A stretch of DNA of 64,000 bases from Hyphomicrobiaceae bacterium (GTDB taxonomy: Bacteria; Pseudomonadota; Alphaproteobacteria; Rhizobiales; Hyphomicrobiaceae): positions 16,454 to 80,453 of the forward strand of contig JAGRKS010000010.1 of the NCBI GenBank assembly GCA_020442185.1, written 5' to 3'. The notes under the pieces were generated by a model. The model saw nothing but the letters and a program-made list of their open reading frames with translations. It did no database searches and was not told where the DNA came from. Made by a program: the position numbers and the translations under genes. Positions 57,471 through 64,000 of the stretch are shown one piece after another; the first letter of the stretch is position 1, and every line of letters starts with the position of its first letter.

Positions 57471-58919
57471 TCAGGTCCGGCAATGCCTGTCGAGCGTTCG
57501 AGTGGACACGCCACTACACCACGTTCTCAGCCGCGAGCACGCAGCGGTGATCGGCAATTCCAGGCACTCGCGCGAACTCGGCCCCTTCCCACAAGCGCGC
57601 GCCTGATCGTTGACGATCTGCTCCTGCTCCAGACATTCCGTGCGTCGTTCGGTGTCGCAGCCCTGTGTCAGAAGTTTTTCGACATTCTTGAAGGTCTGGG
57701 CCTCGAACGCTTGATCGTCCTTCTTGCGGAAAGCGCAGTTGTAGAAATTATAGTGCAGCCGCATCGGCCTATATAGCTCGCGACAGATTTTTGCGGCGAA
57801 GCAGTGTCCCGTCAGCGCACACGTGGCGGTGTCGTGCATGCGCATGCTCAATTTACGAACCGGCTGAATGATGTGGTGCTGTTCCAGGAAGGGGCGAATG
57901 GCGTCGCAATGCGATTTGCCGGTGTCCTGTCGGAATTTCTTGAACATCTCGTATCCACCCTGGTCGCTGAAAAAGGCCGCTTCTCGCGCGTTGTGCTCGA
58001 TATCGGCCGAGGCGGCGTGGAGCTTCTGGTCGGTGATGTAGAGCCGGTAAGCCTCGTAGATGCCGAACAGGACGAGCGTGGTCAGGATCGTGGCGAAGAC
58101 ATAGGAGGACCTGCGCCGGAAGCGATCGATCGTTCGGTAGAGCCCGGCCTCGACCGACCAGAGAAACGTTCGCCATCTGCCGAATTCGCCGACATCGTGG
58201 AGCGCTGCGATGCTGCGGACCGAATAGGCCAGAATGACGTTGCTCAGATGCAGATAGATGTCCGGTGCGACGCCACGGATCTGGATTCCGGCAACACCGC
58301 CGGCGCTCGCGGAACATAGTCCTGCGCCGCTGAAGCCGTGGTCGTTGGCCTGATCGCTCGAAAGATGCAGCAATTCGACGTTGTCGGCAGGGTTCGGCTT
58401 GAAGGTGCCGATCAGCTTCGCATCGGCAGGTGTCAGGTTGGCGAGCGCCTGGCTGAAGCCCCAGATCCTGAAATTGCCGTCCTGCCGCTTCAGGAGGCTG
58501 ACAGGGAGAAATGTCGGCGGTCTTCGCAATTTGAGTTTACAGAGCGCGAAGTCGACAAAGGAAGCTCTGTCATAGCCAAATGCCAGAACGTCGAAATCAG
58601 CGTTGACGAAGGGTTGCTCATGATCACCTTCGCCGGGGAGAACGGCGTGGAAATTCGTTGCGATCCATTTCTTGGTGCTGGTTTCGTCAGCCGCGGCGCC
58701 TTGCCAGTCGGGGTCGTTGGCAAAGATATGGAAGCAGCTGATGAAGTGCCCTTTCGGTGAGATTGCGACGGCGGATGCGCTTTTCCCCGTGCGCTTGCTC
58801 TCCAGCTTGAATGTCGCGGCCCGATGGCGTTCGTCGAGAAGGTTTGGAAGTGGCAGTCGCAGGCGTATGCGCTTCCATAGGTCCATGATGGCGCGGGGCT
58901 GCGGGATGGGGGTGGGCAT
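57471..58919 (-). CDS. Trypsin-like serine protease domain - single TM - Cys-rich C-terminal domain protein
   Basis: 482 aa with no signal peptide. The N-terminal about 230 aa carries a His (HFISCFHIF), an Asp (DFDVLAFG) and a GxSG-type Ser (DHGFSGAGL) in chymotrypsin-fold order. TM: YVFATILTTLVLFGIYEAYRLYI. The C-terminal about 190 aa has about 14 Cys. The start lies 9 nt after the upstream stop. Confidence 0.7.
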   Translation of the reverse strand: MPTPIPQPRAIMDLWKRIRLRLPLPNLLDERHRAATFKLESKRTGKSASAVAISPKGHFISCFHIFANDPDWQGAAADETSTKKWIATNFHAVLPGEGDHEQPFVNADFDVLAFGYDRASFVDFALCKLKLRRPPTFLPVSLLKRQDGNFRIWGFSQALANLTPADAKLIGTFKPNPADNVELLHLSSDQANDHGFSGAGLCSASAGGVAGIQIRGVAPDIYLHLSNVILAYSVRSIAALHDVGEFGRWRTFLWSVEAGLYRTIDRFRRRSSYVFATILTTLVLFGIYEAYRLYITDQKLHAASADIEHNAREAAFFSDQGGYEMFKKFRQDTGKSHCDAIRPFLEQHHIIQPVRKLSMRMHDTATCALTGHCFAAKICRELYRPMRLHYNFYNCAFRKKDDQAFEAQTFKNVEKLLTQGCDTERRTECLEQEQIVNDQARACGKGPSSRECLELPITAACSRLRTWCSGVSTRTLDRHCRT

Positions 58920-58928
58920 GGCAAGCCC

Positions 58929-59333
58929 TCATCGCGCCGATGGTGCAGCCGTGCCACCGGCCCAGCAACAGCTCTTGTCGGTGCGCGTGCAGCAATCAAT
59001 TTCGATCTGCATTCTGGAACCCGCTCCGTCGAGTGGCTTCGCGATCGGCTCTCCGATTTTGTCCGAGACGATGTTGGAGTGGCCGGTCTCCTTGTCCTTG
59101 GCGGCCGGTGTCTGGATAGGGCTCTTGTCCTTCTTTATGACCTCGGCTTGGGCAAGCCGGCGCGACTGATGAGAGCCGCTCTTGGCGCATTCGCTTCCCC
59201 GGCCAGGGCCCGAGGGGGGCGTCGCACAGGACAGACAATGTGCAGTCGCTGGGAGGAGGGGCGCTTTGGCGTCAGCGGTCGGCGCTGCAAGGACAAAGAA
59301 AATCGCCAGTACGATTTGCATTTCGACGGACAT
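58929..59333 (-). CDS. Small secreted Cys-rich protein (about 134 aa precursor)
   Basis: ATG 59333 is preceded by GGAGGTG. Signal peptide: MSVEMQIVLAIFFVLAAPTADA. The mature part has 8 Cys, including HCLSC and DCC...SCC clusters. Confidence 0.6.
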   Translation of the reverse strand: MSVEMQIVLAIFFVLAAPTADAKAPLLPATAHCLSCATPPSGPGRGSECAKSGSHQSRRLAQAEVIKKDKSPIQTPAAKDKETGHSNIVSDKIGEPIAKPLDGAGSRMQIEIDCCTRTDKSCCWAGGTAAPSAR

Positions 59334-59456
59334 AGGGGTCACCTCCGTTCGCGAGCGCTTCAGGTCACTTGAATGAACCGTCTTGCGCAACTGTCGAGAC
59401 GTTCGCTACACGCTTCTCGGCTGGGTAGAATAGCTGTCGTTTCGATCGGAAAGACA

Positions 59457-62123
59457 CTAGCGGAGCATCACGAACAGGGCTTGCGCATCGAGCATCCCGA
59501 ACCCGAATCCAGAGTTATGGCGTCCATTCACGCCCATGGCCGTGCGGCACAGGGCGGCCCGCAACTGGCGCGCATTGTACTGAGGCCGGTTCGGTGCTTG
59601 CGGATGTCTGTGAGACAAGACGAGTGCCAGCGCCCCGGTCACATGAGGCGCCGCCATGCTGGTGCCAGGGAAGGCGATGGTCGCACGGTGATCGTCGGTA
59701 TTCGCGAGCGCCGCTTCGATGTGTGCCCCCGGCGCGCAGACGTCGGGCTTGGCTCGGCGGTCGCGGGTCAGGCCATATGAAGATACATTGATGAGACGGA
59801 GCGGCAAGGACGAATGACACGCGCCGACGGTGATCACGGTGTCGGCCGTCCCCGGCACGCTCAGCGTCATGTCCTCGTCGGGGATCGTGAATTTCAATGC
59901 CCTGTCATTGGTGCGTTCGATCCACAGGTCAACGCGCGGTGATCCGCTTCTCACGAGCGTTCCCTCGATGTCCAGGCGCCAACGGCCGCGCTGGATCTCT
60001 CGGCTGCCAGGCACGATCGTGATGACGACACGACTGTCGCCGTTATCGGGATGCAAGGTCGTCATGCGCAGACGGCAGACGTTACCGCCGAGCGAGGCAC
60101 GAATGTCGGGGGTCGTTGCGGACAAGGTGGCGGATTGATCGCCGGACGGGGCCGTCAGTTTGAATTCCAGTTCGTCGAGGCCGTCATACCAGACCTCGAT
60201 ATAGTCCTCGAAGCGATCGATATCGAGCGAATCCCATTCGACTGGCTGCGACGCAAGGAAGGCGTCGATACGGGCATGCCCTGCATGTCCGCGCTCGTTG
60301 CCCGCCGACTTGACGATGACAAAGCCAGGGTCGCGGCCGTTGCCGGAGAGCGCATCGAACATTCCCTCGAGGATCGAAGTCCCGTCGTGCGCGCCGGCAT
60401 TCATGCCCAGGCTGACATTTACAGCGATCGGACGCCGCTCGGCGAGAACGGTATTACCGCCCGACGCCGCGGACTTCAGAAAGTGCAATGCATCGACATG
60501 GCTGACGGAGTAGCCGAGGCTCGGGGGGTCGCCAGGCCGCGTCTTCGTGTCGGGAACGACTGCGATGATCGATGCGTCGGGTGCAACGCCGTCACCAAGT
60601 GTGCCGACAGCACGACCTGCGGCGATGCTGGCAACGTGGGTCCCATGCTGCAAGGGGTCACGCAACGAGAGGCGGGGCACGGCACCTTGCGCGATGAATT
60701 TCGCAATATCCCTTTGCGTGTAGACCGTCCCGAAATCCTGGGTGAAATGCGCCGGATCGAGGGCGTGCGGCGAGGGACCCGTCTTGTCGTTCTGAATCCA
60801 GACAGCGAGTATGCGGGAGTTGCCTTCGCCGTCGAGAAAGGCCTCGTGCAGAACGTCGATGCCGGTGTCGATGAGGCCGACGATTGCATTGCCGCCCCTC
60901 TCGTCGATCGGTGGACGGTGGAGCGGGTCGGCCTTGACGAACGGGATCGAGCGCGTCAACTCCTCGGAGCCGCCATCCCGGCTCGCCTCGACCGACATCA
61001 CGCTTGCGTCCTCCCGCAGCGCCTGCAGCGCGCTCTTGGGAGCCTGGATGGTCGCGTAGTTGCCGAACCTGGAATTCACCCGGATCGATGCGGGGGGGCG
61101 CCAATTCTGGTCGCGAAGCCGGACCAGGGCGGGCATCAATTCGCTGTCGACGGAAAGCTCGACCGTATTGCGATCGAATGCCTCGATTGCATTTTCCGTT
61201 GCGAAACGATGTAGCTTGCGGTTCTCGTTCTGGATCAGGAAGACGGGGTCGATGCTTTCTCCCCTCTCGGTTGCGAGCCTGCTGATGATGGCGACGTAGC
61301 GGGAGATCCTGTGGCTGACGAGGCTGGGGTAAAGACCTTCGACACTGCGATCCAAGGCATCGTCGGAAAATTCCAGCCCGCTTGTCCTGAACGCCGTCTC
61401 GACTGTCCTGATGTCGACCTTGAGTTTCTCGAACTCGGCCTGGTTCATGGCAGGCTGTGCAGCGGGGACGCCGCCGTCCACTTCAACCGCCGCACGCTTC
61501 AGAAGGCCCGTGCCGTCGAATTGCATCAGTTTTCCGACATGTTCGAAGCCGGGTGGCACCCGCGTCACGAGGTCGGTATCGTTGACGAAGCGCCGGAAGC
61601 GCGTGCCGAACGAGGCATCGAAATGCTTCTGCGTGGAGAGGTCACCCAGACGCGGCTGGCCGAACGTGTGGACGCCCGACAGGGCACCGGCCTCGGCGAA
61701 CTCGCCGGCGGTCAGAGCCGCCAATGCGCCACCCAGACTGTGACCAGTCAGCCAGATTTTACGTTTGTCACGCACCGCTCTCTCGATCGCGGCACCCGTT
61801 AGGTCGCGAACGAGATTAAGGGCCGAGAAGAAGCCGGCATGGATCGATCCATAGGGTCGTTCCACCCAGGAAATGTTCAGATTGCCAAGCCAGTCCGCAA
61901 TGCTGTCCGTTCCGCGGAAGGCCACGAGCAGGACCTGATCGTTTTCAGCGATGAAACCCTGGGTTCGCCCGACGTTGAAGATCCGCGTATCGGAAAAGCC
62001 CCAGCTTGCAGTGGTTCGCTTGACGGCACTGTCGTCGTCGTAGGCCACCTTGCTCGCAACCGCCAACGATAGTGCCGTGTGCCAGGAAAAGTCTTCGAAC
62101 TGCAATGATTTGATTTTGAACAT
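59457..62123 (-). CDS. Fusion protein: N-terminal class 3 lipase (alpha/beta hydrolase) + C-terminal subtilisin-like S8 peptidase, no signal peptide
   Basis: 888 aa. Lipase_3: VAFRGTDSIADWLGN, LTGHSLGGALAALTA, FVNDTDLVTRVP. S8 triad: VGLIDTGIDVLH (Asp), HGTHVASIAAG (His), GTSMAAPHVTGALAL (Ser), with oxyanion Asn in NVSLGMN. A beta-rich insert lies between His and Ser. Confidence 0.9.
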   Translation of the reverse strand: MFKIKSLQFEDFSWHTALSLAVASKVAYDDDSAVKRTTASWGFSDTRIFNVGRTQGFIAENDQVLLVAFRGTDSIADWLGNLNISWVERPYGSIHAGFFSALNLVRDLTGAAIERAVRDKRKIWLTGHSLGGALAALTAGEFAEAGALSGVHTFGQPRLGDLSTQKHFDASFGTRFRRFVNDTDLVTRVPPGFEHVGKLMQFDGTGLLKRAAVEVDGGVPAAQPAMNQAEFEKLKVDIRTVETAFRTSGLEFSDDALDRSVEGLYPSLVSHRISRYVAIISRLATERGESIDPVFLIQNENRKLHRFATENAIEAFDRNTVELSVDSELMPALVRLRDQNWRPPASIRVNSRFGNYATIQAPKSALQALREDASVMSVEASRDGGSEELTRSIPFVKADPLHRPPIDERGGNAIVGLIDTGIDVLHEAFLDGEGNSRILAVWIQNDKTGPSPHALDPAHFTQDFGTVYTQRDIAKFIAQGAVPRLSLRDPLQHGTHVASIAAGRAVGTLGDGVAPDASIIAVVPDTKTRPGDPPSLGYSVSHVDALHFLKSAASGGNTVLAERRPIAVNVSLGMNAGAHDGTSILEGMFDALSGNGRDPGFVIVKSAGNERGHAGHARIDAFLASQPVEWDSLDIDRFEDYIEVWYDGLDELEFKLTAPSGDQSATLSATTPDIRASLGGNVCRLRMTTLHPDNGDSRVVITIVPGSREIQRGRWRLDIEGTLVRSGSPRVDLWIERTNDRALKFTIPDEDMTLSVPGTADTVITVGACHSSLPLRLINVSSYGLTRDRRAKPDVCAPGAHIEAALANTDDHRATIAFPGTSMAAPHVTGALALVLSHRHPQAPNRPQYNARQLRAALCRTAMGVNGRHNSGFGFGMLDAQALFVMLR

Positions 62124-62600
62124 ATCCGCACCATGACTGAGCGTTCGGTATCAGGTCGCCGCAACGATTGGAGCTTCGGGTTGACGCGCAGGACGTATTC
62201 CGGGGTCTACAGCAATGCCCGTCGATACTATGTTCTATCGTTCGCCGGTGATGTGAGAATTGCCACGTCGCTTCTGCTCACACATATCGTCAGCACGCGC
62301 GGCGTGATGCAAGCCTCGCGATGCGCGTGATCCCATTCAGGGTGTGAACGTCTACATCCGATGTGGCGGGGGGGGCGCGCTGAGACAATTCGCATTCACA
62401 TCTTCCAGGACGTCTGAACACGACCGATCATCACCTTGGACGAGCAGCGGGAAAGGGCTGATCACGAAATTGTTGACGTTGCCCGTTGCACGCTTCGCGT
62501 CGGTCGGTTGGGAATTGGTCGCGGCCGCACTAAATTCGAAGGCAGTCCACCGCCACTATTCCAACGAACGAGCCATGTGTGCTCACGAGGAGGAACTCGT

Positions 62601-63089
62601 ATGTCTGCCGTCCAATTCAGCCGTCGCGGCCTACTCGTCGCAGGCGGCATTGTCGTTGCAACAGGGGTCTCCGCTCTCGTGCTCCCAGCCAGCGCGCAAG
62701 GGCTCGCCGCCACGCCTTCGATGCGGGGTGGCGCGAACAACTACCTCCCCGGCGCGCCGATCGTGAAGCGTATCGGTGGCGGGGGCTTTTGGATGACGGG
62801 CACTGTGCGCCGGGCCGGCGATGGCGCGCCGCTTCCCGGTCAGAGAATCCAGATCTGGGCGCACACCACCGAAGGCTATGAGCGGGACCCGCACAGCCAT
62901 GGTGCGACGCTGACGGACGCCAATGGCGTGTTTCGCCTCGAGATGCCGCAGATCGTGCCCGCCTTCGGCCAGCCGCATGGCCATCTCGCCTATGACAGCG
63001 GTGACTTCGAAACCGTATTTCTGCGTCCCGTGATGTCGAGCTCCAAGGACAAAAGTCTCGAAGCGCACTTCGTGCTTCAGCCGGTCTGA
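62601..63089 (+). CDS. Tat-exported small intradiol-dioxygenase-like (Dioxygenase_C-like) protein
   Basis: ORF track gives 62436..63089. ATG 62601 has GAGGAGGA upstream. Twin-arginine signal: FSRRGLLVAGG...ASAQG. GTVRRAGDGAPLPGQRIQIWAHTTEGY and QPHGHL resemble the Fe-ligand regions of intradiol dioxygenases. Confidence 0.65.
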   Translation: MSAVQFSRRGLLVAGGIVVATGVSALVLPASAQGLAATPSMRGGANNYLPGAPIVKRIGGGGFWMTGTVRRAGDGAPLPGQRIQIWAHTTEGYERDPHSHGATLTDANGVFRLEMPQIVPAFGQPHGHLAYDSGDFETVFLRPVMSSSKDKSLEAHFVLQPV

Positions 63090-63109
63090 TCGGGTTGACG
63101 TTGGATCGA

Positions 63110-63739
63110 ATGAAACTGGCCCGTACGACACTGATCTGGGCCGCTCTTGTTGCCGCGGTTGGAGTGCCGATCGCCGCCGCCGCAACGAGCCCGCTGCTCG
63201 CATGGCGTGATCCGATCTATATCGCCGCCGGATTTGCCGGGGTTGCCGCATTGGGCATCATGCTTGTGCAGCCCTTGCTCATCGGCGGTTACTTGCCAGG
63301 GTTGCCAGCAATTCGCGGCCGGAGGGTGCATCGCTGGACCGGCGGTGCGCTCGTCGCAGCCGTCGTGGCTCACGTCGCGGGACTGTGGATCACCAGCCCG
63401 CCGGATGTGATCGACGCTCTCCTCTTCGCTTCACCTACGCCGTTCTCCGCCTGGGGCGTCGTTGCGATGTGGGCGATCTTTGCCGTCGCGATCTTGGCGG
63501 CACTTCGCCAGCGGCTCGGGCTGCGACCGCAAACGTGGCGCCTCGGTCATACGGTCCTCGCGGTTGTCATCGTCACCGGAAGCGTGGTCCATGCCCTTCT
63601 GATCGAGGGAACCATGGAGACGGTGTCGAAGGCCGCGCTGTGCGCGCTGGTTCTCCTGGCGACCATCAAAGTCATGACGAGCCTCCGCGTCTGGAGATTC
63701 CGCACACCTGTCCGCCGTCGTCGCCTCCAGGATCGTTGA
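63110..63739 (+). CDS. Ferric-reductase-like transmembrane (YedZ/MsrQ-like) haem b membrane protein
   Basis: About 6 TM segments with conserved His in TMs (RRVHRWTG, AHVAGLWI, GHTVLAV, VVHALLIEG). ATG 63110 lies within the TTG-initiated ORF 63095..63739. Confidence 0.65.
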   Translation: MKLARTTLIWAALVAAVGVPIAAAATSPLLAWRDPIYIAAGFAGVAALGIMLVQPLLIGGYLPGLPAIRGRRVHRWTGGALVAAVVAHVAGLWITSPPDVIDALLFASPTPFSAWGVVAMWAIFAVAILAALRQRLGLRPQTWRLGHTVLAVVIVTGSVVHALLIEGTMETVSKAALCALVLLATIKVMTSLRVWRFRTPVRRRRLQDR

Positions 63740-63932
63740 GGCGATGGCCTTTCCGCCGTGCCTGCGGCTCAGCGAGGTGATCTCTCCGTTCCGCAAGAGG
63801 CCGCCGAAACTCATATGCATGGTTCGATGTCCGAACAGGCAATAGTCTTTGTCTGATCATCGACCTTTGCGGCCCGCTTTGCTAAACGGATCGAACAAGG
63901 GTTGCGCGCCGAGCGCTGGAGGGAACGGTCCG

Positions 63933-64000
63933 ATGAACCTATTCGCAAAGCTGAGGGAACGGGCCGAACAGGACAATCGGGTCCGAGTTGGCATGATCGG
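63933..64000 (+). CDS. 5' end of a CDS running off the window (unknown; N-terminus compatible with a Rossmann-fold protein)
   Basis: ATG 63933 has GGAGGG upstream. It translates as MNLFAKLRERAEQDNRVRVGMIG... Only 22 codons are visible. Confidence 0.3.
   Translation, partial: MNLFAKLRERAEQDNRVRVGMI

Noticed and set aside
3467-61214. Many long ORFs in alternative frames or antisense to the called genes. Examples: 3467-4561(+), 6058-7371(-), 20548-21795(-), 23472-25289(-), 25299-26666(-), 27762-29366(-), 38271-39695(-), 41383-42705(+), 43313-44227(+), 48159-49649(+), 60051-61214(+).
   Set aside because: Their translations are Arg/Ala/Gly/Pro-rich low-complexity strings with no recognisable motifs. 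Each lies entirely within a gene that has strong family signatures in another frame. This is the usual shadow-ORF behaviour of high-GC DNA.
42106-62375. G/C homopolymer runs of 8: 42106-42113 (inside the ExbB-like CDS), 47666-47673 (upstream of the nine-gene operon), 50795-50802, and 62368-62375 (between the lipase-subtilase and dioxygenase-like genes). I considered them as phase-variation switches.
   Set aside because: Assuming G and C are each near 0.32, a rough estimate predicts on the order of ten such runs by chance in 64 kb. The four or five seen are therefore not enriched. Without population data there is no evidence of slippage.
56040-62600. I looked for a gasdermin-like or other pore-forming substrate gene next to the subtilase and trypsin-like protease genes, as in bacterial gasdermin operons.
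   Set aside because: No ORF of 230-300 aa with gasdermin-like character is present. The only small gene encodes a signal-peptide-bearing Cys-rich protein, and the 62124-62600 gap has no credible ORF.
1-64000. I scanned for CRISPR repeats, IS/transposase or integrase genes, prophage genes, rRNA and intact tRNA.
   Set aside because: By eye I found no regularly spaced repeats, no DDE/tyrosine-recombinase-like ORFs and no rRNA-like segments. The only tRNA-like sequence is the 16-nt fragment at 50803-50818.

Overview
High-GC bacterial chromosomal window. Gene content looks alphaproteobacterial/Rhizobiales-like, but this is unverified because no searches were possible. It has four blocks.

(1) 0.1-37 kb: a Wzx/Wzy-type exopolysaccharide (EPS) locus. 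It holds an export protein, GT2/GT4 glycosyltransferases, an O-acyltransferase, a Wzy-like polymerase, an ExoP-like co-polymerase, a Wzx flippase, an ExoY/WbaP-like priming transferase, a C-methyltransferase, a secreted glycanase-like protein and a LuxR-type regulator. A split hybrid NRPS-PKS line is interleaved with these genes: an Sfp-type PPTase, an A-T loader, a 2779-aa KS-AT-ACP-aminotransferase-C-A-T megasynthase, and a C-T-TE protein with non-canonical catalytic motifs. A CocE/NonD hydrolase and an uncharacterised beta-propeller-like protein sit with them.

(2) 37.4-39.8 kb: housekeeping tex.

(3) 40.0-47.6 kb: a tightly coupled nine-gene minus-strand operon of secreted proteins and lipoproteins. 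It ends in an ExbB-like / ExbD-like / TonB-architecture trio and looks like an uncharacterised envelope machine.

(4) 47.9-64 kb: an accessory mix.
- An animal-haem-peroxidase-family protein, a Crp/Fnr regulator and a di-haem cytochrome c (CCP/RoxA-like).
- An adenylate-cyclase-STAND-TPR protein and a P450-like protein.
- A three-gene module: a cytosolic lipase_3-subtilase fusion, a small secreted Cys-rich protein, and a trypsin-like protease-TM-Cys-rich protein.
- A Tat-exported dioxygenase-like protein with a ferric-reductase-like membrane partner.

No rRNA, intact tRNA, CRISPR array, transposase or integrase was recognised. Most long ORFs in other frames or antisense to these genes are high-GC shadow ORFs. 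Many start codons are uncertain because the ORF track runs to the most upstream ATG/GTG/TTG. All family calls come from motifs read by eye, not from database searches.
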